Shown here: one piece after another, positions 41,600 through 52,025 of the stretch | Numbering within the stretch: the first letter of the stretch is position 1 | Layout: the number at the start of each line of letters is the position of its first letter | Source of the DNA: Octopus sinensis | Lineage: Eukaryota | Length of the DNA stretch: 64,000 bases | NCBI RefSeq assembly: GCF_006345805.1 | Contig: NC_042999.1 | Coordinates: 72,230,001 to 72,294,000, forward strand | Direction of reading: 5' to 3' | The notes under the pieces: generated by a model | What the model was told of the DNA's origin: nothing | What the model saw: the letters and a program-made list of their open reading frames with translations, nothing else | Database searches by the model: none | Position numbers and translations under genes: made by a program

Positions 41600-42997
41600 A
41601 TGGCGACTTACGCGGGGGTCACGGGAAAGAATAATAATGATTCGGCAATAATCGTGAAGGATGTTTTCTTTGAGAAAAGTAAAATCAAAGAATATGAAAA
41701 GCTATTCAAAAGGGAGGGTGATAGCGTGAAGCTAATCCCCCCCGCGAAAGCAAAGGAGGACAAGGAAAACAAAACTGTAACGTATAGAACCCAGGACAAA
41801 AGTACAAAGAAACTGGCAAGAGTGGAGATAGCAGAGATCGAAAAATGTCTGGGAGACATAATGGATAAATCGACCTACGTGAGTAGAGGAAAAAAATTTG
41901 GTACGGTGGAGGTGAGATGTGCAACGGAAGAAATTGCAGCCTCACTGGCTACCACTGTTCTAAGAGCGGAAACATTTATAATGTGGCCCTCATACAAGGG
42001 AAGAAGAGGGGTCCGGGTTAAAATCCCGAATATACCCCCAGAAGTAAAAACAGAATGGCTGGCAACAGCTATTCTAGGAGCAGCAGAAGAGGAAGTGGAG
42101 GTGGAATCCTTTAAGGAGTCCAACGCAGTAATTGGAGAGGATATGGGGTAGAACTGTGTTTGATGGCCCAAAAAGAGGACATTGAAAGGTTCCCCTATAG
42201 AATAGAAATCGAAGACGAGAAAACCCTCAGTGTAATTGTAGAGGGAAGAAAGCCAAACTGCTACTTGTGCGGGACAAGGGGGCACATTAAAAAGAGTGCC
42301 CGTTATATGAATTCATGGCGGAGTATGAGAAGGAAAATGAAGAAAAGAAGAATACGGGAAATGAAAAAGAAAACATAGAAAGGAGACAAAACAACAAGAG
42401 AAAGGAAATAATAAGTCAACGAAGGAAAAGAAATAAAAGAAAAGAAAGAAATAGAACCAAAACAGAGTCAGGAAAAGAAAAAGGAAAAGAAACAACAGGA
42501 AAAAAACAAGAGAGAACAGAACAAACAAAAGAAAAGAAAAGACGGCACACAAAAGAAAAAGAAAAGGAACATAAAACACGAGAGAAAGAGAGAACAGACA
42601 AAGAAAAAAAAGACAAGAGAAGGAAGAAGAAAGAAAAGAAGGCAAAAAGAGAGAAAGAGAGAAACAAAGAGAGGAGAACAAGGAAGAAATAAGCCCGAAA
42701 AGAAAACGAGAGAAAACGTAGGACGGAAAACAAGATTACTACACAAGTTAATAACCTTCCATTCCAGCCCCCGAAATGAAGGAATTGACATGTAGTATGG
42801 AGGGACATGTGTGGGTCAACAGGATGACTGATCAGTGGCAGGAGACTGCTCTGATCCCCGAAGAAAGAGTCGCTGAGTTCCTCAGAGCAGCTGGAGAGAG
42901 TGTAATTTTTTACACGGGTGTTCGAGTGAAAGAGCGGCTGCCTGAGGGCTCAGTGATTGACTTTAGAGACTTGAAAAGTATTATGGAATACGTGTGA
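41600..42997 (+). CDS. ORF1-like zinc-knuckle protein, unit A4 (frameshifted as assembled)
   Basis: ORF pieces 41600-42151, 42160-42378, 42315-42692 and 42776-42997 tile the consensus protein. Confidence 0.8.
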
Positions 42998-43380
42998 GAT
43001 TGTGAGAGGAGAGAGAAGAAAGAAGAGAAAAAAGAAAAAAAAATTGTGAACTATAGGTGACGAAAATGTAACCTCTCGATTCCGGGGATCGAGTGGGCAT
43101 TTGCATCTCATTGTAAATATTCTTTCATTTGTCATTTTTATTTTTATTTTTTCCCTTCTTGTCATTTCGCTTTCTTATTTTAAGTTCCCCGATTGTATTG
43201 TCCCCTCTATGTTCGCCCCTTGTGGGTAGTAATAAAATCAGCGTGTCGGAAATTTACCCACGTGTGTTGTTATCTGTGATTAGACGTTGAAATTTTGTTG
43301 TGTAAAGTGATTAATATCGCGCAAGGCATTTGCCTCCACGTTTGGAAACCTTCTGAAGAAGGTGAATTGACCCTCTAGTC

Positions 43381-44774
43381 ATGGCGACTTACGCGGGGGT
43401 CACGGGAAAGAATAATAATGATTCGGCAATAATCGTGAAGGATGTTTTCTTTGAGAAAAGTAAAATCAAAGAATATGAAAAGCTATTCAAAGGGAGGGTG
43501 ATAGCGTGAAGCTAATCCCCCCCGCGAAAGCAAAGGAGGACAAGGAAAACAAAACTGTAACGTATAGAACCCAGGACAAAAGTACAAAGAAACTGGCAAG
43601 AGTGGAGATAGCAGAGATCGAAAAATGTCTGGGAGACATAATGGATAAATCGACCTACGTGAGTAGAGGAAAAAAATTTGGTACGGTGGAGGTGAGATGT
43701 GCAACGGAAGAAATTGCAGCCTCACTGGCTACCACTGTTCTAAGAGCGGAAACATTATAATGTGGCCCTCATACAAGGGAAGAAGAGGGGTCCGGGTTAA
43801 AATCCCGAATATACCCCCAGAAGTAAAAACAGAATGGCTGGCAACAGCTATTCTAGGAGCAGCAGAAGAGGAAGTGGAGGTGGAATCCTTTAAGGAGTCC
43901 AACGCAGTAAATTGGAGAGGATATGGGGTAGAACTGTGTTTGATGGCCACAAAAGAGGACATTGAAAGGTTCCCCTATAGAATAGAAATCGAAGACGAGA
44001 AAACCCTCAGTGTAATTGTAGAGGGAAGAAAGCCAAACTGCTACTTGTGCGGGACAAGGGGCACATTAAAAAAGAGTGCCCGTTATATGAATTCATGGCG
44101 GAGTATGAAAGGAAAATGAAGAAAAGAAGAATACGGGAAATGAAAAAGAAAACATAGAAAGGAGACAAAACAACAAGAGAAAGGAATAATAAGTCAACGA
44201 AGGAAAAGAAATAAAAGAAAAGAAAGAAATAGAACCAAAACAGAGTCAGGAAAAGAAAAGGAAAAAAACAACAGGAAAAAAAAAACAAGAGAGAGAACAG
44301 AACCAAACGAAAAGAAAAGACGGCACACACAAAAAGAAAAAGAAAAGGAACATAAAACACGAGAGAAAGAGAAACAGACAAAGAACCAAAAAGACAAGAG
44401 AAGGAAGAAGAAAGAAAAGAAGGCAAAAAGAGAGAAAGAGAGAAACAAAGAGAGGAGAACAAGGAAGAAATAAGCCCGAAAAGAAAACGAGAGAAAACGT
44501 AGGACGGAAACAAGATTACTACAAGTTAATAACCTTCCATTTCAGCCCCGAAATGAAGGAATTGACATGTAGTATGGAGGGACATGTGTGGGTCAACAGG
44601 ATGACTGATCAGTGGCAGGAGACTGCTCTGATCCCCGAAGAAAGAGTCGCTGAGTTCCTCAGAGCAGCTGGAGAGAGTGTAATTTTTTACACGGGTGTTC
44701 GAGTGAAAGAGCGGCTGCCTGAGGGCTCAGTGATTGACTTTAGAGACTTGAAAAGTATTATGGAATACGTGTGA
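43381..44774 (+). CDS. ORF1-like zinc-knuckle protein, unit A5 (frameshifted as assembled)
   Basis: ATG at 43381. ORF pieces 43506-43760, 43697-44119 and 44553-44774. Confidence 0.78.
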
Positions 44775-45154
44775 GATTGTGAGAGGAGAGAGAAGAAAGA
44801 AGAGAAAAAAGAAAAAAAAAATTGTGAACTATAGGTGACGAAATGTACCTCTCGATTCCGGGGATCGAGTGGGCATTTGCATCTCATTGTAAATATTCTT
44901 TCATTTGTCATTTTTATTTTTATTTTTTCCCTTCTTGTCATTTCGCTTTCTTATTTTAAGTTCCCCGATTGTATTGTCCCCTCTATGTTCCCCTTGTGGG
45001 TAGTAATAAAATCAGCGTGTCGGAAATTTACCCACGTGTGTTGTTATCTGTGATTAGACGTTGAAATTTTGTTGTGTAAAGTGATTATATCGCGCGCAGG
45101 CATTTGCCTCCACGTTTGGAAACCTTCTGAAGAAGGTGAATTGACCCTCTAGTC

Positions 45155-46544
45155 ATGGCGACTTACGCGGGGGTCACGGGAAAGAATAATAATGCGGCAA
45201 TAATCGTGAAGGATGTTTTCTTTGAGAAAAGTAAAATCAAAGAATATGAAAAGCTATTCAAAGGGAGGGTGATAGCGTGAAGCTAATCCCCCCCGCGAAA
45301 GCAAAGGAGGACAAGGAAAACAAAACTGTAACGTATAGAACCCAGGACAAAAGTACAAAGAAACTGGCAAGAGTGGAGATAGCAGAGATCGAAAAATGTC
45401 TGGGAGACATAATGGATAAATCGACCTACGTGAGTAGAGGAAAAAAATTTGGTACGGTGGAGGTGAGATGTGCAACGGAAGAAATTGCAGCCTCACTGGC
45501 TACCACTGTTCTAAGAGCGGAAACATTTATAATGTGGCCCTCATACAAGGGAAGAAGAGGGGTCCGGGTTAAAATCCCGAATATACCCCCAGAAGTAAAA
45601 ACAGAATGGCTGGCAACAGCTATTCTAGGAGCAGCAGAAGAGGAAGTGGAGGTGGAATCCTTTAAGGAGTCCAACGCAGTAAATTGGAGAGGATATGGGG
45701 TAGAACTGTGTTTGATGGCCACAAAAGAGGACATTGAAAGGTTCCCCTATAGAATAGAAATCGAAGACGAGAAAACCCTCAGTGTAATTGTAGAGGGAAG
45801 AAAGCCAAACTGCTACTTGTGCGGGACAAGGGGGCACATTAAAAAAGAGTGCCCGTTATATGAATTCATGGCGGAGTATGAGAAGGAAAATGAAGAAAAG
45901 AAGAATACGGAAATGAAAAAGAAAACATAGAAAAGGAGACAAAACAACAAGAGAAAGGAAATAATAAGTCAACGAAGGAAAAAGAAATAAAAGAAAAGAA
46001 AGAAATAGAACCAAAACAGAGTCAGGAAAAGAAAAAGGAAAAAGAAACAACAGGAAAAAAACAAGAGAGAACAGAACCAAACGAAAAGAAAAGACGGCAC
46101 ACAAAAGAAAAAGAAGGAACATAAAACACGAGAGAAAGAGAGAACAGACAAAGAACCAAAAAGACAAGAGAAGGAAGAAGAAAGAAAAGAAGGCAAAAAG
46201 AGAGAAAGAGAGAAACAAAGAGAGGAGAACAAGGAAGAAATAAGCCCGAAAAGAAAAACGAGAGAAAACGTAGGACGGAAACAAGATTACTACAAGTTAA
46301 TAACCTTCCATTCCAGCCCCGAAATGAAGGAATTGACATGTAGTATGGAGGGACATGTGTGGGTCAACAGGATGACTGATCAGTGGCAGGAGACTGCTCT
46401 GATCCCCGAAGAAAGAGTCGCTGAGTTCCTCAGAGCAGCTGGAGAGAGTGTAATTTTTTACACGGTGTTCGAGTGAAAGAGCGGCTGCCTGAGGGCTCAG
46501 TGATTGACTTTAGAGACTTGAAAAGTATTATGGAATACGTGTGA
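45155..46544 (+). CDS. ORF1-like zinc-knuckle protein, unit A6 (frameshifted as assembled)
   Basis: ATG at 45155. The 217-aa open piece 45277-45930 includes the knuckle. Confidence 0.78.
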
Positions 46545-46925
46545 GATTGTGAGAGAGAGAGAAGAAGAAGAGAAAAAAGAAAAAAAAATTGTGAACTATA
46601 GGTGACGAAAATGTAACCTCTCGATTCCGGGGATCGAGTGGGCATTTGCATCTCATTGTAAATATTCTTTCATTTGTCATTTTTATTTTTATTTTTTTTT
46701 TTTTCTTGTCATTTCGCTTTCTTATTTTAAGTTCCCCGATTGTATTGTCCCCTCTATGTTCGCCCCTTGTGGGTAGTAATAAAATCAGCGTGTCGGAAAT
46801 TTACCACGTGTGTTGTTATCTGTGATTAGACGTTGAAATTTTGTTGTGTAAAGTGATTAATATCGCGCAGGCATTTGCCTCCACGTTTGGAAACCTTCTG
46901 AAGAAGGTGAATTGACCCTCTAGTC

Positions 46926-48306
46926 ATGGCGACTTACGCGGGGGTCACGGGAAAGAATAATAATGATTCGGCAATAATCGTGAAGGATGTTTTCTTTGAG
47001 AAAAGTAAAATCAAAGAATATGAAAAGCTATTCAAAAGGGAGGGTGATAGCGTGAAGCTAACCCCCCCCGCGAAAGCAAAGGAGGACAAGGAAAACAAAA
47101 CTGTAACGTATAGAACCCAGGACAAAAGTACAAAGAAACTGGCAAGAGTGGAGATAGCAGAGATCGAAAAATGTCTGGGAGACATAATGGATAAATCGAC
47201 CTACGTGAGTAGAGGAAAAAATTTGGTACGGTGGAGGTGAGATGTGCAACGGAAGAATTGCAGCCTCACTGGCTACCACTGTTCTAAGAGCGGAAACATT
47301 TATAATGTGGCCCTCATACAAGGGAAGAAGAGGGGTCCGGGTTAAAATCCCGATATACCCCCAGAATTAAAAACAGAATGGCTGGCAACAGCTATTCTAG
47401 GAGCAGCAAAAGAGGAAGTGGAGGTGGAATCCTTTAAGGAGTCCAACGCAGTAAATGGAGAGGATATGGGGTAGAACTGTGTTTGATGGCCACAAAAGAG
47501 GACATTGAAAGGTTCCCCTATAGAATAGAAATCGAAGACGAGAAAACCCTCAGTGTAATTGTAGAGGGAAGAAAGCCAAACTGCTACTGTGCGGGACAAG
47601 GGGGCACATTAAAAAAGGTGCCCGTTATATGAATTCATGGCGGAGTATGAGAAGGAAATGAAGAAAAGAAAATACGGGAAATGAAAAAGAAAACATAGAA
47701 AAGAGACCAAAACAACAAGAGAAAGGAAATAATAAGTCACGAAGGAAAAAGAATAAAAGAAAGAGAAATAGAACCAAAACAGAGTCAGAAAGAAAAGGAA
47801 AAAGAAACAACAGGAAAAAAACAAGAGAGAGAACAGAACCAAACGAAAAGAAAAGACGGCACACAAAAAGAAAAAGAAAAGGAACATAAAACACGAGAGA
47901 AAGAGAGAACAGAAAAGAACCAAAAACAAGAGAAGGAAGAAGAAAGAAAAGAAGCAAAAAGAAGAAAGAGAGAACCAAAGAGAGGAGAACAAGGAAGAAA
48001 TAAGCCCGAAAAGAAAACGAGAGAAAACGTAGGACGGAAACAGATTACTACAAGTTAATAACCTTCCATTCCAGCCCCGAAATGAAGGAATTGACATGTA
48101 GTATGGAGGGACATGTGTGGGTCAACAGGATGACTGATCAGTGGCAGGAGACTGCTCTGATCCCCGAAGAAGAGTCGCTGAGTTCCTCAGAGCAGCTGGA
48201 GAAGAGTGTAATTTTTTACACGGGTGTTCGAGTGAAAAGCGGCTGCCTGCCTGAGGGCTCAGTGATTGACTTTAGAGACTTGAAAAGTATTATGGAATAC
48301 GTGTGA
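46926..48306 (+). CDS. ORF1-like zinc-knuckle protein, unit A7 (frameshifted as assembled)
   Basis: ORF pieces 46926-47240 and 48082-48306 match the A consensus. Confidence 0.75.
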
Positions 48307-48547
48307 GATTGTGAGAGGAGAGAGAAAAAGAAGAGAAAAAGAAAAAAAAATTGTGAACTATAGGTGACGAAAATGTAACCTCTCGATTCCGGGGATCGAG
48401 TGGGCATTTGCATCTCATTGTAAATATTCTTTCATTTGTCATTTTTATTTTTATTTTTTCCCTTCTTGTCATTTCGCTTTCTTATTTTAAGTTCCCCGAT
48501 TGTATTGTCCCCTCTATGTTCGCCCCTTGTGGGTAGTAATAAAATCA

Positions 48548-50449
48548 GCGTGTCGGAATCTATCCACATGTGTTGTGAGTTATTTTGTATGTGAAAATTG
48601 GAAAAAAGACGGTTAAAAGTTGTCAAAAATTGAATCGCGCGAGGCGTTTTGCCGCTGCGTGTTTGAACCTTTTATAGAAGGTGTGTCGACCCTCAAGTCA
48701 TGGGACTTACGCGGGGTCGCCACAACAAAAGTGACGAGTCACTTAGAATAAAAGAAGTGTTCTTTAGAAAGAACAATTGAAAGAATACGAGAAGTTCGTC
48801 AAAAGGGAGGGTGATAGCGTGAAGCTGGTCGCCTGTGGAAACATAGAAGAGAAAAATAACATCACGATAACGTATAGAACGCAAGATAGAAACACGAGAA
48901 AACTGGTGAGAGTGACGATTGAAGAAATAGAGAAATGTCTGGGGGACATCATGAAAAAGCGACTTTTGTAGACAGAGGAAAGAAATATGGTACGGTGGAG
49001 GTGAGATTGCGCAACAAGGAAGTTGCGGCCTCATTGGCTTCCACTGTCCTGAAGCGGAAAATTTCACCATGTGGCCGACTTATAAAGGAAGACGAGGGTA
49101 CGGGTAAGATCCCAAAGGTACCCCCAAATATTAAAACAGAATGCTGTAACAGCCATTATTGGAGCAGCAAAAGAGGAAGTAGAAATAGGGTCAATTAAGG
49201 AGACGAACGTTGTAAATTGGAAGGGATTCGGAGTCGAGTTGTGGCTGATGGCCACAATGGAAGACATCGAAAGATTTCCCCTCCAAATAGAAATAGAAAA
49301 CGAGAAGACAATTATGTAATAGTGGAGGCAGAAAACCGAACTGCTACCTGTGCGGATCAAGAGGGCACATAAAAAAGGAATGTCCGCTGTATGAATTCAC
49401 AGCGGAGCAAAAAGAGACACAAAGGGAGAGAAGGAAAACGAACACGAAGGAAAGAACAGCGAAAACAAGGAAAAGGAAATAACGGAGAAACAACAAGAGA
49501 AGGGAAGTAACAGCGCACTGAAGGAAAATGAAACAAAGGGAAGAAGATAGTAGAAAAGGAGCAAAATTCACAGGGGCAGAAGTAGTGGAGAAGAGCCAAG
49601 GCAGAAGCAGAGAAAGAAAAGGAAAGTACATAAAGGAAAGAGAAAAAGCAGAAAAGAACAAGAGAAGGAACAGAACAAGAGAAAGGAAAAGATGGTATGC
49701 AAAAAGGAAAGAACAACAGAAAGGAACTTAAGGCACAGGGTAGAGAGACGGCAGACAAAGAGCCAAAAGACAAGAAGAGGAAAAAGAAAGAAGAGAAAGC
49801 AAAAAGAGAGAAAGAGAGAAACCGAGGAGGAAAAAAAGAGGAAGTAAGTCCTAAGAGAAAAACTAGAGAAAACGTAAGTACGAATAGAAAATTAAAATAC
49901 TATGGAACGTTTGATCCATCACAGCACTGTGAGGAGATGGAATATTTAATAAGCGTAACAAACGGATATACGTGGGTCAGGATGGGCACCGAATGGAAAG
50001 AAACAGGTGCACTCGTCCACGAGAACGACGCCGAGGCGTTCATCGAGGCAGCTGCAAGAACGTGTCAAAACATATGAAATGCCGACTTACAAGGTGGCCT
50101 CGAACGATGGAAGTTTACTCAGATTTGGTAGACATAATGGAGTATATATAAAGAAAGGTATTGTGAAAACTTTTAATTTGGAAATGATAAAAGAACTTTA
50201 AATTCGGAAAAAAAAAAAAAAAAAATTTTGAACTTTGTAAAACTTTTGTGAAATGTATGTTGAAAATGTATAAATGTTTTATTTGGAAAATATTGTTGAC
50301 GAATAAAAAATAAATGACGAAATGTAACCGCTCGATTTCGGGGATCGAGTGGGCATTGCACCACATTGTACAAACTTCATAATTCATTATTCATTTTCCC
50401 GATTGTATTGTCCCATCTATGTAGCCCCTAGTGGGTTATAATAAAACAA
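48548..50449 (+). mobile_element. Divergent ORF1-only non-autonomous unit B (1.9 kb)
   Basis: Starts GCGTGTCGGAATC and ends CCCGATTGTATTGTCCCATCTATGTAGCCCCTAGTGGGTTATAATAAAACAA. Collinear with, but clearly diverged from, unit A. Confidence 0.9.
48700..50201 (+). CDS. ORF1-like zinc-knuckle protein, paralogue B (frameshifted as assembled)
   Basis: KEYEKFVKREGDSVKL, EKCLGDIM, RGKKYGTVEVR, knuckle CYLCGSRGHIKKEC, basic tract, and C-terminal domain NGYTWVRMGTEWKETGALV. Confidence 0.8.
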
Positions 50450-50677
50450 GCGTGTCGGAAATCATTTTTTTTGCGTTATTAGTAAGTTGATATATTTTTG
50501 CTCTCGTACTGTTGTCTCTGTTATTATATACTGTTGGTCTACCTGTTTTGTCTATTGTTGTCTAACTGACGAAGTCAGCCTTCGCGCGAGGACTTCGCGT
50601 TGGTGTTCCCCCCTCAGTGGGGGAAAACTAAAATTAATTTTGATTTACCAAAGGCTTGTTAAAGCCATTTGTTCAAG

Positions 50678-52018
50678 ATGGAGTCCCCCATCTCTTATTC
50701 GCCCGTGACGAGCGAGGATGAATACCCGGCGTTGTCGCCAAGTAAAAAAGAGGCGTTGTCGCCAAGAAAAAAGAGGCGGCGTCGCCCAAGAAAATGGAAA
50801 ACCAGTACCAGCATCAACTCCAGCAAAAAAATTCGCTGAAGTGGCTGGGAAAAGATCAAAAAAATAAATATAGAAAATTTTAAAAAATTTGCAGACTGTG
50901 TAAAAAAAGAAGGCACAGAAGTGACTGTGGCCACAAACATACAAATACATGACGATATAGAAAAAGAATAATATATAAAACTTACGACACAACGAGAAAA
51001 TTATCAAAAAATCGAAGAAAAAAAATAGAGTTTTGTCTAAAACCTTTTATGGATAAAATAACGTATATAAACAGAGGAAAAAGATACGGCACAGTGGAGG
51101 TGCGTTTTACTACGGAGGAGATAGCGAAGAAACTATCGATGGAGCCAATCAAAGCGGAAAACATTGTCTTACTACCATTGTATAAAGGAAAAAGGACGTC
51201 GAAAATTTCAATGAACAACATACGCCAGAGGCAGATGCTGAATGTCTGGTGGCAGCAGTGATGGTAGGTCTGGAGGAAAAAATAAACATCCTCCAGGCCA
51301 CAGTGGAGGAAGAGGAGTTTTGGAAAGAGCAAAAAATAGTGATAGCCATTCAGGCGGAGGTGCAAACACTGGAAGAAATTCCAGAAACGGTAAAGATTAG
51401 TGAAGACGAGAAAATAACAGTTTTCGTGGAGGGCAGGAAGCCGAGGTGCTTCGGCTGCGGCAAGAAGGGTCATGTAAGGGCGGAATGCCAACCCCAACCC
51501 AAACCGCAGGAGGCACCTAAGCCAAAAGAAAAAGAAGATAATGTGTCAGCAAAAGCAGCGTCGGACGACCCAGAAGGGAAGACTGAAGGTGTGGAGGTGA
51601 CGGTGACAGCAGAACCAGCGGCGGAGGAAAAAAGAGCGAGAAAAGATAAATGAGGAGGGGTGAGCAAAAATTACCGGAAGAAAAAAAGAAAAACGGAAAC
51701 CCCCCTCCCAGAGTAATTTTAAAAAAGAAAAAAGAGTCAATGAACTCGTATATGGCCGTAAAGGCAGGAAATAGCAGACTCGGAAACGTGTTGGCAGCCA
51801 TGGCCAAAGTGGAGAAAGTAGTGAAAAAAAACGACTTTGTAATTTACAGAATAGGCCGGAAGGATTACGGGCGGATAAAGTCAGAATTCTTCCATGACGG
51901 AGGCCCACTTAGATTGGATGTGACATCTCCACATATATTCGAGGGCCTACGTCAGACTCCCCCACGAGGCCCAGAAAAAGAGTTAGAAGAACAAGAGAAA
52001 ACCGAACCACTGATATAA
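50678..52018 (+). CDS. LINE ORF1 (CCHC zinc knuckle; frameshifted as assembled)
   Basis: MESPISYSP start, then MDKITYINRGKRYGTVEVRF and VEGRKPRCFGCGKKGHVRAEC. The stop is at 52016-52018, just before ORF2. Confidence 0.82.
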
Positions 52019-52025
52019 GTAAGTA

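Larger units (their letters stand above)
36153..48547 (+). mobile_element. Tandem array of seven ~1.77-kb ORF1-only non-autonomous retroelement units (A1-A7)
   Basis: Units start at 36153, 37911, 39685, 41461, 43241, 45015 and 46788. Each begins (GC)GTGTCGGAA and ends with the consensus ...GCCCCTTGTGGGTAGTAATAAAATCA. Copies differ mainly by small indels. Confidence 0.95.

Noticed and set aside
36976-48097. Minus-strand F/S/L-rich hydrophobic ORFs in each array unit
   Set aside because: They are antisense shadows of the purine-rich K/E/R tract of ORF1, and their boundaries vary between copies.
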